Shown here: positions 16,546 to 25,017 of the stretch, piece by piece
How the letters are laid out: every line of letters starts with the position of its first letter
Numbering within the stretch: the first letter of the stretch is position 1
Source: Treponema rectale
GTDB taxonomy: Bacteria; Spirochaetota; Spirochaetia; Treponematales; Treponemataceae
Direction of reading: 5' to 3'
Length of the DNA: 64,000 bases
Assembly: GCF_014202035.1 (NCBI RefSeq)
Contig: NZ_JACHFR010000003.1
Span: 311,223-375,222 of the forward strand
The notes under the pieces: generated by a model
What the model was told of the DNA's origin: nothing
Databases searched by the model: none
What the model saw: only the letters and a program-made list of their open reading frames with translations
Program-made: the position numbers and the translations under genes

Positions 16546-17075
16546 AATCCTGTCCTTGTTTCAGTATAGCAGAATTGTTGTAAAAAATAAAGAACAAGGA
16601 ATAAAGGTTTGGGCGTTACCGTCTGCCTGCCGGCAGCCGGTCGGGCTTTTCGCCATTCCGCTGCAATGGTATTTTGTGGAATATTTATAAAACCTGCGAT
16701 TTTTGAAGCAAGCTCACAGGCTGACTTTATTGCATCCTGTGCGTCATTCTTATTTATAAGATTTTGAATTTCATTTATTTTTGAATCAGAATCAATTTTT
16801 AATGTCTTTTTTAATTTTTCGATAAACTCATCTTTTTTAATTCTAAGTTTTGTAACTAAAGTCTGATTTTCTTTTTCAATCAAAGTAAGAAATTGAAGTG
16901 TTGGAATAGCGAAAATATTCTTTTTAAAAGAAGTATCTGAAAAAATGCCGGTTTTATTGAATATTTCTTCAAGCCGTTCTTGGACAAGGCTGTTTGTTAC
17001 ACAAAATTTCACCATCTTGTTTTCCATAACAGGATTTAAGACAGCGTGCTTTTCAAATAAAGCGTGAAAGTCCAT
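16542..17075 (-). CDS. Hypothetical protein (177 aa) whose 3' end reads through a GC-rich repeat
   Basis: The last ~30 codons (WRKARPAAGRQTVTP...) are encoded by GC-rich element 16611-16668. Confidence 0.4.
   Translation of the reverse strand: MDFHALFEKHAVLNPVMENKMVKFCVTNSLVQERLEEIFNKTGIFSDTSFKKNIFAIPTLQFLTLIEKENQTLVTKLRIKKDEFIEKLKKTLKIDSDSKINEIQNLINKNDAQDAIKSACELASKIAGFINIPQNTIAAEWRKARPAAGRQTVTPKPLFLVLYFLQQFCYTETRTGL
16611..16668. repeat. GC-rich miniature repeat lying inside the 3' end of the preceding gene
   Basis: GGGCGTTACCGTCTGCCTGCCGGCAGCCGGTCGGGC with palindromic core. Confidence 0.45.
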
Positions 17076-17113
17076 GTTTTTAACTTCTTTATAATCAAAG
17101 CGATAGCATTTTT

Positions 17114-17347
17114 TTACAAGAGAAGAACTTTTGAAAAATCAACTTGGAGCGTATCTGCAATGTTGTATAACTCATCTGCTGTCAGTTCTATTAGATTTTT
17201 GTTATTGTACAAAAACTTTGAAGTGCAGTAAAAATAGAGCTGCTCCCATTCTGCTTTCGTCATTATGCTTACATTTCGCTCTTTTACATAATCAACAAAG
17301 AAATGAACTGCATTTTTTGATTTTTTTCCTGACATTCTTTTCTCCAT
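17114..17347 (-). CDS. Hypothetical small protein (77 aa)
   Basis: ORF only. Confidence 0.35.
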   Translation of the reverse strand: MEKRMSGKKSKNAVHFFVDYVKERNVSIMTKAEWEQLYFYCTSKFLYNNKNLIELTADELYNIADTLQVDFSKVLLL

Positions 17348-17355
17348 AATTATTA

Positions 17356-17460
17356 GGGCGTTCCCCGCCGCGGGGCGGCGGGGCGGGCGTTACGCGGCTT
17401 GCCTGGCGGCCGGTCTGCTGACGCAGACTGCTTCGCACCGCTCCATGCCCTAACGCATTT
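17356..17460. repeat. GC-rich miniature repeat, well-preserved family member
   Basis: 5' end GGGCGTTCCCCGCCGCGGGGCGG; 3' end CTGCTTCGCACCGCTCCATGCCCTAACGCATTTT, shared with 34436-34548 and 24784-24980. Confidence 0.6.
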
Positions 17461-17469
17461 TACAGGAAT

Positions 17470-18132
17470 TTATTTAATTATGCCAAATGCAGGTAATAAC
17501 TGAGCAATAGTAGCAAGATTGCTTGCGGCACCCAAAATATTCTCAACAATTTCTAAAGGTGATGTCCCGTTTTTTGTAATCTCATCAATTTTTGCAGCAT
17601 CTTTTACATCTTTTTTGGCAGTTTTTATAAATTCATTCCGGGCTTGCTCATCATTTTTGTAAAGAACTGCACAGAATACGGAAATCGGCATTTCAACCTT
17701 ACGGCTGTTAAGATAGTTATCGGCAGGGTAGCCGGTTATGTCCTCCGCCGCATTAGCCAGATTCTTTTTTATATGCGGATAAGGCACACTCAGCAAAACA
17801 TTTTTATTATCTTTTTGAAGATAAATCTTTATGCTTCCGTTTGAAATTCTTGTTTTTAGTTCTGCTATAGATTCTTCCACAGATTGAGGCTTTTTTGCTC
17901 TGGCATTTGCCGCCAGTCTTAGTGCAGAAAGTTTTGTTTCTGTAATATGAAGTTCGTTTGCAATTTCGTTTTCCCTCATGGAGGAATCTATATAGCCCAA
18001 ATCTGTAATCAATGAAAAAACAAGAGTATCTATCTCTGATTTTGGAAGCACCCCAAAACCAAGTGACAGGTATTTTTCCAAAAACTGTTGAACAAATATT
18101 GAATCTCTTTTTTCGTTGACAGAATATTCCAT
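17470..18132 (-). CDS. Hypothetical protein (220 aa)
   Basis: ORF only. Confidence 0.45.
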   Translation of the reverse strand: MEYSVNEKRDSIFVQQFLEKYLSLGFGVLPKSEIDTLVFSLITDLGYIDSSMRENEIANELHITETKLSALRLAANARAKKPQSVEESIAELKTRISNGSIKIYLQKDNKNVLLSVPYPHIKKNLANAAEDITGYPADNYLNSRKVEMPISVFCAVLYKNDEQARNEFIKTAKKDVKDAAKIDEITKNGTSPLEIVENILGAASNLATIAQLLPAFGIIK

Positions 18133-18164
18133 AGTTTTTTCTCCATCTTTTTTGTCTTTGTTTT

Positions 18165-18225
18165 CCCCACCGTCGTCACTTTGTGCCGTCGGCGGGGCGG
18201 GACTACAGATACTGTAGCCCCTAAT
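18165..18225. repeat. GC-rich miniature repeat, short member
   Basis: CCCCACCGTCGTCAC...GGCGGGGCGGG...CCCCTAA. Confidence 0.4.
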
Positions 18226-18238
18226 TTAGTTTTATTAT

Positions 18239-19777
18239 TTAGTTAAAAACCCTGATACAACAAACGTTTCCTGGATAGTTACATACATAAAGCGGCAGCA
18301 AAGCATCTTTCATATTATCCTCTTTAAAGATGATATATTGTCCGTTATTAATACTACTTGGCGTTGATGATAAGTAAGCAGCTTCATATGTATCATCTAC
18401 TGCCATCGCATCATCTTCAAGACTTTTTCCAGTACATAATTTACAGGCTTCATTTACAGTAGACTTCTGTGTCCAAATATCATAAAGTTCTGCCAAAGAC
18501 GGTAAATACCATCCGTCTTCAAAATCTGTGTTTTTAACATGACTGCCTTCTTTATCTTTGTAATTAATTGCAAATTCAAATGCCGGATAGTGTGTTAAAT
18601 CGTCTGTGTCGTCCTCTGTTTTGTCATTTTCTTCAAGAAAAGCTTTAATTTCCGCAAGATTATCACTTCCATCAGTGTCACCAGTAAATGTTTCTGTTTT
18701 AGAATCAAAATCACACATTATAGATTCAACTTCATACTGTTCACCCATACCGGCCTTTATAACGATTTTCGATAAACGATTATACAATAGTAAACCATCC
18801 TTATTCTGCAAGATTCCAACACCGTACGCTTTAGAAACATCAGCCTTATAAATAATGGCAATTGAGTTTTCTTTCTGCTCGTCGGTAAGTGTAAGGCCCG
18901 AGGTATAAGGTGTGGCAGAGCCATCTGCAAATACAATGTCGCCAACTGCTTTTTGTGCATCCGGTTTTTTTGTTCCTGCAAACCATTTTGCAGTAATCTC
19001 TAAAGTTCCTGTAATTGGTGTTGTAAAGTCAAATTCAGTATCTCCGACAAACCAGCCTTTGAAAGCGCTTCCTTCTTTTGTCGGGTCAGCTGGTCTTTCA
19101 ACTTTATTTCCATGGTTGACAGTCTTGGTTTCTGCTGTGCTTCCGTTTTTTGAATCGAAAGTTACAGTATGAGTTACGACATTTGTTGCCCATTTTGCAT
19201 AAAGGGTAATGTCCTTTGTAATGGCTGTGTCAAAATCAAAGGCTGTATCAGAGAGTGTTGTGCCTTCGTCTTCTGAAGTGTACCAGTTTTCAAAGGTGTA
19301 AGTTTCTGTTTCTGTAGCCTGCTTTGTAGGGTCAGCGGGTTTTGTGACCTTTTTTCCGTGGACGATTGTCTGTTCCGCAGGAGACGTGCTTCCGCCTTTT
19401 GTGTCAAAAGTCACAGTGTGGGTAACTGCATTGACCGCCCATTTTGCATAAAGAGTAATGTCTTTTGTGATTGGAGTATTAAAGTCAAAGGCTGTATCAG
19501 AAAGTGTCGTGCCGTTGTCCGTTGATGTGTACCAGTTTTCAAAAGCGTATGTTTCAGTAGCGACAGCCTGTTTTGTTGGATTAGCCGGCTTTGTGGCCTT
19601 CTTTCCGCTTTCAACCTTCTGGCTTTTAACCTCTGTTCCGCCATTTGAATTGAAGCTTACGGTGTAATATACAGGTGGCTGTGATGTGTCATCATCATCA
19701 TCTGCCTTACATGAAGCAAAGGCAAATCCCAGCCCCATAGCCGCAAGCAAAAGAAGGTACCTCGCTAGTTTTTTCAT
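18239..19777 (-). CDS. Surface lipoprotein with three Listeria-Bacteroides-type (InlB B-repeat-like) ~80-aa repeats
   Basis: Lipobox LGFAFASC after a start at MKKLARYLL with GGAG RBS. Three ~250-bp tandem DNA repeats produce nested spurious ORFs on both strands. Paralog of 35651..37450. Confidence 0.7.
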   Translation of the reverse strand: MKKLARYLLLLAAMGLGFAFASCKADDDDDTSQPPVYYTVSFNSNGGTEVKSQKVESGKKATKPANPTKQAVATETYAFENWYTSTDNGTTLSDTAFDFNTPITKDITLYAKWAVNAVTHTVTFDTKGGSTSPAEQTIVHGKKVTKPADPTKQATETETYTFENWYTSEDEGTTLSDTAFDFDTAITKDITLYAKWATNVVTHTVTFDSKNGSTAETKTVNHGNKVERPADPTKEGSAFKGWFVGDTEFDFTTPITGTLEITAKWFAGTKKPDAQKAVGDIVFADGSATPYTSGLTLTDEQKENSIAIIYKADVSKAYGVGILQNKDGLLLYNRLSKIVIKAGMGEQYEVESIMCDFDSKTETFTGDTDGSDNLAEIKAFLEENDKTEDDTDDLTHYPAFEFAINYKDKEGSHVKNTDFEDGWYLPSLAELYDIWTQKSTVNEACKLCTGKSLEDDAMAVDDTYEAAYLSSTPSSINNGQYIIFKEDNMKDALLPLYVCNYPGNVCCIRVFN

Positions 19778-19930
19778 ATATGAATCTCCTTTAAAAATAA
19801 TAATAGTCTTATTATAAAAACCAGTTTTTTCCTGTAAACAGAGAAAACTCATCGAAATTCAGTGAGTTTTCTCACTTTTTTAGGTGATGAGGGGGTGGGT
19901 ATGTTGTTTGACCCCCTAATTAAAATTGAC

Positions 19931-19960
19931 AAAAAAGAGACAGTAATAGTACAATGTAGG
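19931..19960 (+). promoter_or_regulatory. Sigma70-like promoter TTGACA-N18-TACAAT upstream of the TA operon
   Basis: TTGACAaaaaagagacagtaatagTACAAT lies 15 bp upstream of the relB/dinJ start. Confidence 0.4.
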
Positions 19961-19974
19961 CGGAGGTAGTAAAA

Positions 19975-20238
19975 ATGACTACAATTTCTGCAAAAATCGA
20001 AAATGAAGACAAAAGTCTTTTTGAAAGCATCATAAACTCAATAGGATTGAATGTTACATCTGCAATTACAGCGTTCGTAAAGGCAACAATCCGAGAAAAT
20101 GGAATTCCTTTTGCATTAAAAGCTGCCGATGACCCCTATATCTATTCAGAAGAAAACATGAAATACCTTCGTCAAGGAATCGCTCAAATAGAATCAGGAA
20201 AAGGCCAGGTCCATGAATTAAAGGAGGAGCTTTTATGA
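19975..20238 (+). CDS. RelB/DinJ-family antitoxin
   Basis: DinJ-like RHH motif. Stop overlaps the toxin start (ATGA). Confidence 0.7.
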   Translation: MTTISAKIENEDKSLFESIINSIGLNVTSAITAFVKATIRENGIPFALKAADDPYIYSEENMKYLRQGIAQIESGKGQVHELKEELL

Positions 20239-20507
20239 TAAAAGTTTGGGCTGATGTTGCATGGGATGGTTACTGTCAACTCTTCGAACTCAATCAAAAA
20301 AAGTTGATAAAAATGGTGCATGAACTTATAAAAGACATAGAACGCAATGGTCTTGATAAAGGTCGTGGACAGCCAGAGCCGTTAAAATATGAGCTTACCG
20401 GTTATTGGAGTCGAAGAATCGATTCAGCAAATCGGCTAGTCTATAAAGTGGAGGGTGATAAATTGTACATAGTTCAGTGTGGTACTCATTATCACCAAGA
20501 AAAATAA
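20235..20507 (+). CDS. yoeB: YoeB/Txe-family toxin (RelE superfamily mRNA interferase)
   Basis: KVWADVAWDGY...GRGQPEPLKYELTGYWSRRID..NRLVYKVEGDKLYIVQCGTHY matches the YoeB consensus. Confidence 0.8.
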   Translation: MIKVWADVAWDGYCQLFELNQKKLIKMVHELIKDIERNGLDKGRGQPEPLKYELTGYWSRRIDSANRLVYKVEGDKLYIVQCGTHYHQEK

Positions 20508-20560
20508 AAGTGAGTTTTCTCTATGGTATTGACACCGGCAGATGAAGTAAAATAACTTTT

Positions 20561-21163
20561 ATGATTGAGATTATCAGTGTTGACGACCACGAAATGATTA
20601 GCCTGGGCCTGGAGCGGGTATTTTCACAGACAAAAGACATACGGGTCTGCCACTTCTGCAAGACAAAAGCAGAACTTGTGCCCTTTATCGAGTCAAAGTC
20701 TCCCGAAGAACTAAAAAACATGCTCGCCATGCTGGACATCAAGCTTGAAGAAGGAAGCGGCTTTGAGGTGGCCGATTTTCTGCTTGAAAAGGGCGTTAAG
20801 TGCCTTATGTACTCTTCTTTTTCAAATGCGGGCTATATCATAAAAACCATGGAGCACAAAATCACAGGCTTCATCACCAAAAATGCCCAGCAGCCGGAAA
20901 TCCTAGAGGCGGTTCATGCCGTTTTCTCAGGCGAAACCTACATTCAGAAAAATCTCCTTCCCGACATGATGTTCGTAAGCGGCATTCTTGTCACCCTCAC
21001 CAAAAAAGAGCGGGAACTGGTAGATTTAATGAGCGAGCACCTTTCCAACGAAGAACTGGCCCAGCGCCTGGCAGTCTCCAAGCGCACCATAGAAAACTAC
21101 GTCTCCCGCATTTTCGACAAGTTTAATGTAAAGAACCGCTACGAGCTGGAAAGATATTTGTAA
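20561..21163 (+). CDS. Response regulator, NarL/LuxR family (REC with atypical N-terminus + LuxR HTH)
   Basis: C-terminal LTKKERELVDLMSEHLSNEELAQRLAVSKRTIENYVSRIFDKF. Confidence 0.75.
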   Translation: MIEIISVDDHEMISLGLERVFSQTKDIRVCHFCKTKAELVPFIESKSPEELKNMLAMLDIKLEEGSGFEVADFLLEKGVKCLMYSSFSNAGYIIKTMEHKITGFITKNAQQPEILEAVHAVFSGETYIQKNLLPDMMFVSGILVTLTKKERELVDLMSEHLSNEELAQRLAVSKRTIENYVSRIFDKFNVKNRYELERYL

Positions 21164-21743
21164 GCAAAAATACTCCCCAGGCGGCAAAAACACAGATGAA
21201 GCGGTCGGCGATGTTCACGGGAATGCGCACGGCAATCTGCAAAAGGATCTTTGAGTGGAATTTGTTCTGCCACAAGAAGGTGAGGAAGTCGGTCTGGCTG
21301 CTGGCTTCGGTGTAGGCTTCGATATTGCTCAAAATGTAGCCGATGATTCCGCCAGATACGCTCATGACCAGCATCATTACAATGCTTAAGATTACAAGTT
21401 TTATAAAAGTTACGGCAGGCGTGTCGGTGTTTTTCATAAAATAGATTTTGTAGTAGCCGGCAGTCAGGGCCGCAAGAAAGTGACAGAGCATGAATATGTG
21501 CCCCAGTTCCAGCGTGCGGTTCAGGGCAAAATCAATCAGATGATAGAAAAATCCGGCCAGCACTCCCCACCAGGGGCCTACAAGAAAGCTGAGCGCCATA
21601 ATGAAAATCGTGTCGCAGAAAAGGGGCAGGTGGTTAGCCCAGGCCACAAGGTCGCAGATAATGTAATCCAAAAGGCCGCAGACAATGCTTAAGACAAAGA
21701 ATAAAAGCCTTTTCCGGCCCGCTGATTCAAAGTGAAGAGTCAT
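21123..21743 (-). CDS. Polytopic membrane protein (206 aa), paralog C of the TCS-associated family, inverted relative to its TCS
   Basis: Paralogous to 1106..1705 and 13759..14349 (LPLFCDTIFIMALSFLVG / DRFICVFAAWG). Its 3' end overlaps the convergent response-regulator 3' end by ~40 nt. Confidence 0.6.
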   Translation of the reverse strand: MTLHFESAGRKRLLFFVLSIVCGLLDYIICDLVAWANHLPLFCDTIFIMALSFLVGPWWGVLAGFFYHLIDFALNRTLELGHIFMLCHFLAALTAGYYKIYFMKNTDTPAVTFIKLVILSIVMMLVMSVSGGIIGYILSNIEAYTEASSQTDFLTFLWQNKFHSKILLQIAVRIPVNIADRFICVFAAWGVFLLTNIFPARSGSLH

Positions 21744-21828
21744 ACCCTAATTCTAGCATATTTCTTGAAATCCTGTCAGACCGGAGCGCAAAATTGAAAT
21801 TTTGGCATTTTCCAGCTATAGTAGACAG

Positions 21829-22893
21829 ATGAAACTTTTCGTAGTCCTCCTGTTCTCTCTTCTTTTTATTTTTCAGGCTTTTCCCCACGAGGCGAAAAAA
21901 CAGTCAGAAAATCTTACGCTTGAAGCCCTTACGCAAAAATGGCTTGAATATGAAGGCTCTGAGCAAGACAAGTCAGAAAAGCTTTTTGAAGAATTCTCTG
22001 TCGAAGTTGAAAAGGCAGCTCCCTCCGACACTATCGTTTACTATTTTCCGGAAGCGAAGGTCATCCACGAAAACATTCTTGAGGGAATAAAAGCCGGCGA
22101 CAGGGAGAAGATTTCCGACAATGTGCGAAGCTGGGAAATCCTTCAGAAAAATCTCGTGCGCTTTCAGCTCGACGAGGTTTATTATTCCTATAGAATCCTG
22201 ATTCTTGTAATCGTTCTTGCCCTGCTCATGTCGCTCATTTTCCTTGTCCTCTATCTTGTCACTTCCAAAAGCCGCAAGGAAAACCTTGCCTTTACAACCC
22301 GGATGATTCAGACTCAGGAAGCAGAGCGGGAGCGCATTTCCAACGAGCTTCACGACACGGTCTGCCAGGATTTGCGGGTCCTGCAGTTTCAGCTAAAAGA
22401 AGAAGAATCTATTACCCTCTGCCAGAAAATCGCTTCTGATGTGCGGAACTCCTGCTACGCCCTTACTCCATCCGACTTGAACGAAGGTCTTTACGAGGCC
22501 CTCGTCTCCCTCTGCGACATGCTGAAAAAACAGAGCGGGGTCGAAATCATCTTTTTTATTCAGGACGAAGTGAGAAAGAATCCGGACTTTATAAATTTCT
22601 CCAAGGACAAGAACCTGAACATTTACAGAATCGTGCAGGAAGTCCTCGGAAACGCCGTAAAGCACTCTGGAGCTGAAAGCGTGAGCCTGCTGGTCAGAAC
22701 GCTGGACGAAAAACATTTCAAGATTATCGTCTCCGATGACGGTGCGGGCTTTGACCTAAAAAGCGCCCTCAAAAAGAAAAAACATTTCGGCCTAAAAAAC
22801 ATCCAGAGCCGCACAAAAGGAATTGGCGGCAAGGTCGTTTTCAACTCTGCCCCCGGAGACGGCTGCCAGGTTACGGTGACTATTCCTTATTGA
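21829..22893 (+). CDS. Sensor histidine kinase, HisKA_3 type, with signal/TM segment, ~100-aa external domain and second TM
   Basis: LHDTVCQDL H-box; HATPase_c C-terminus. Start chosen at MKLFVV; the ORF is open from 21802 (TTG). Confidence 0.7.
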   Translation: MKLFVVLLFSLLFIFQAFPHEAKKQSENLTLEALTQKWLEYEGSEQDKSEKLFEEFSVEVEKAAPSDTIVYYFPEAKVIHENILEGIKAGDREKISDNVRSWEILQKNLVRFQLDEVYYSYRILILVIVLALLMSLIFLVLYLVTSKSRKENLAFTTRMIQTQEAERERISNELHDTVCQDLRVLQFQLKEEESITLCQKIASDVRNSCYALTPSDLNEGLYEALVSLCDMLKKQSGVEIIFFIQDEVRKNPDFINFSKDKNLNIYRIVQEVLGNAVKHSGAESVSLLVRTLDEKHFKIIVSDDGAGFDLKSALKKKKHFGLKNIQSRTKGIGGKVVFNSAPGDGCQVTVTIPY

Positions 22894-23247
22894 TTGCAGG
22901 AATCGGAGCCGGGGAAGAAGATTTTGCTTGCAAAAGAGAATGGGTATTTTATACGTTGTATCTATGTTCTTACCTGTAATCCAGATATAAATGTCTCGCG
23001 TGTTGAATCTCGTGCTGCAAATGGTGGACATTCTGTACCCGAAGATAAAATCCGTTCTCGCTATGGAAAAGCAATTGCTCTTATACCCGAACTTGTGAAA
23101 GTTTGCGATGTACTTCATATTTATGACAATTCTACTTTACCGTTCAGAATATTCAAAAAGCGAAAGACTGAGTGTTTTTATTGGCCGAACGATGACTGGA
23201 GTAAAGAGAAAATCCAGCAGCTTATAGGAATTGATTTATGTCTGTAA
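22894..23247 (+). pseudogene. C-terminal fragment of a zeta-toxin/AAA_33-like kinase; the N-terminal P-loop half is absent
   Basis: NPDINVSRVESRAANGGHSVPEDKIRSRYGKAI...VLHIYDNS matches the C-terminal half of the zeta-toxin family. The frame opens immediately after the kinase stop codon. Confidence 0.5.
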
Positions 23248-23291
23248 AAATCTAAAAGGCACATACGCCGCCCATCCAAATTTTTTATAGG

Positions 23292-23410
23292 GGATGACCA
23301 ATAAGTTCAAAAAGTGTCATTTTCGGGCTTGACACGAAAATCTATTTAATTACAACACAAGAGATTGCCGTGTCGAGCACGGCAATGACTCATACTTATT
23401 GGACAGCCCC
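23292..23410. mobile_element. MITE-like element, copy 2 of 3 (minimal ~119-bp form)
   Basis: TIRs GGGGATGACCAATAAGTT / ACTTATTGGACAGCCCC. Internal palindromes TTTTCGGGCTTGACACGAAAA and TTGCCGTGTCGAGCACGGCAA. Confidence 0.65.
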
Positions 23411-23588
23411 TTTTTGTCTTTCCTCACCATACTTGTTGTAAAAAATAAATAACATCATTTGACATTTATAAATTACAACGCTATATTATTCTTAGTTGTA
23501 AACAATAAATTACAACAGAAAAGCAAAACATATCTTTTAATCAGCCTGATCACCTGCTTTTAAGATAAAAACTTAACGAGGTAATTTT

Positions 23589-24392
23589 ATGGAAAAGACA
23601 CAGTTCACATCGGTTCAGCTTTCAAAGGGCGTTATGGAAATCTATGATTTTGGTTCAATCAAGCTTCACGCATTCAAGACTAATGACTTGATTTCGGATG
23701 AATGTTTTCTGGTGGAAAAAGCTGGCAGCTGCTTCATGATTGAATCCCCATGCTTTTTTGACAACATCAGGGAGCTGGAAAAATACATTTCCGACACAGG
23801 CTTGAAATATGAGGGTGCAGTCATTGCCTATCACGGAGCGGGAGCTTCTTTTATGAAAGGAAGCAAAGTCTATTCGACAAAGAATGCTGATGACTACAAT
23901 CACAATGGTGGCGGGGCAGGGCTTGTTTCAAACTTCGCGGGAGCATTTGGGGAAGCTTTCGATAAATCAATCTATACGACTACGGATTTTATTGAAGGTG
24001 ACAGCCTGACTCTTTGCGGTGTGGAAATGAAAATCACCCGCACTCAGGAAGCCTTTGACATCTTCATTCCTGAAATCAATGTGGTTTATACTCACATGCT
24101 GGGACACGATGTTCATTCAATTGTTGCAGGAAAAGCACACGCCGACGCACTTATTTCCGTACTGGAATCTTATATCCAGAAAAAGGTCGGACTCGTTTTG
24201 ACAAGCCATTATGTTGTGGAAAATCTGGACGATGTGAAAACCAAGATTGAATATCTTAAGAGTCTTAAAAACATCGCAATCAAAAATGTTGATGCTGCTG
24301 GCTTTAAGGCGGCAGTGCAGTCAGCATATCCAAAATATTCAGGCTTGAACTATCTTGATATGTCGGCCGGAATGTTCTTTCCTGGAAAATAA
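23589..24392 (+). CDS. Hypothetical protein (267 aa)
   Basis: ORF with RBS; no confident domain assignment. Confidence 0.5.
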   Translation: MEKTQFTSVQLSKGVMEIYDFGSIKLHAFKTNDLISDECFLVEKAGSCFMIESPCFFDNIRELEKYISDTGLKYEGAVIAYHGAGASFMKGSKVYSTKNADDYNHNGGGAGLVSNFAGAFGEAFDKSIYTTTDFIEGDSLTLCGVEMKITRTQEAFDIFIPEINVVYTHMLGHDVHSIVAGKAHADALISVLESYIQKKVGLVLTSHYVVENLDDVKTKIEYLKSLKNIAIKNVDAAGFKAAVQSAYPKYSGLNYLDMSAGMFFPGK

Positions 24393-24409
24393 TTTAAAAG
24401 GAGCTACGA

Positions 24410-24772
24410 ATGACAGTTACAGAAATTGCAGAATATCTTGATAAAGTAGGCTTACAGTATCTGGCAACAAATGGAGCTTTCTGCGAATCCTTATATTGAC
24501 CTTTGTGGCTCCCGTCTTATGGAGAATGAAATTGATACAGTCTGGATTCGCATGAGTGCAAGGGTTGTCTTTGAAGAAAATCTTACGGTTAAGAAAATGA
24601 TTATGGAAAAATCTTCCATAGTTCGCTAGTTGTACAAAAATGATGCAAATCAACCTCTGTTCAAGGTTTTCTATCTTTCTGAGATTTCCGGTAGTCTGAA
24701 CAATCTTGGTCATGTTAAGGGACTTGAAGAGAATAAAGATTTTTCTAAGCCGGTTGTTTTTAATTTTTAAAG
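24410..24772 (+). pseudogene. Frameshifted pyridoxamine 5'-phosphate oxidase-like (PNPOx/general stress protein 26-like) gene
   Basis: Three consecutive frames give MTVTEIAEYLDKVGLQYLATNG.. / ..VWIRMSARVVFEENLTVKKMIME.. / ..LFKVFYLSEISGSLNN.., together spanning a PNPOx-like fold. Confidence 0.45.
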
Positions 24773-24783
24773 GAAAATGAATT

Positions 24784-24980
24784 CGGGCGTTCCCGCCGGG
24801 ATGTTTTCGCTTACGCTCAATACAGCCCATCGGTCGGCTGTTCCGCGCTTCGCCTGTTCGGCTCATCCTCCTCGCTTCGCTGTGGTGGACTGCTTCGCAG
24901 GCGCTCCATAGCCTAACGCGAGCAAAGCGAGCGTAACGTCAATAATTTCCTATTAGCTAAACGGAGGGCTTGCCCCGACG
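24784..24980. repeat. GC-rich miniature repeat, long member
   Basis: Starts CGGGCGTTCCCGCCGGG. Contains CTGCTTCGCAGGCGCTCCATAGCCTAACGC. Confidence 0.55.
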
Positions 24981-25017
24981 TATATCCTGACGCATGGTCA
25001 AAATCAAGGAGGTTCTT

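Noticed and set aside
18606-19667. Many 60-90-aa ORFs on both strands inside the repeat lipoprotein genes (also 35661..36755)
   Set aside because: They are artefacts of the ~250-bp tandem DNA repeats encoding List-Bact repeats. The nested ORFs are themselves repeated and lack starts or RBS.
21802-21828. TTG start at 21802 for the module 3 kinase
   Set aside because: The ATG at 21829 begins a canonical signal/TM sequence MKLFVVLLF. The upstream extension MAFSSYSRQ adds nothing recognisable. The choice remains uncertain.
24417-24866. Minus-strand 149-aa ORF
   Set aside because: It runs through the GC-rich repeat and the opposite strand of the PNPOx pseudogene. Its composition is Arg/Gly-rich and typical of GC-rich non-coding DNA.
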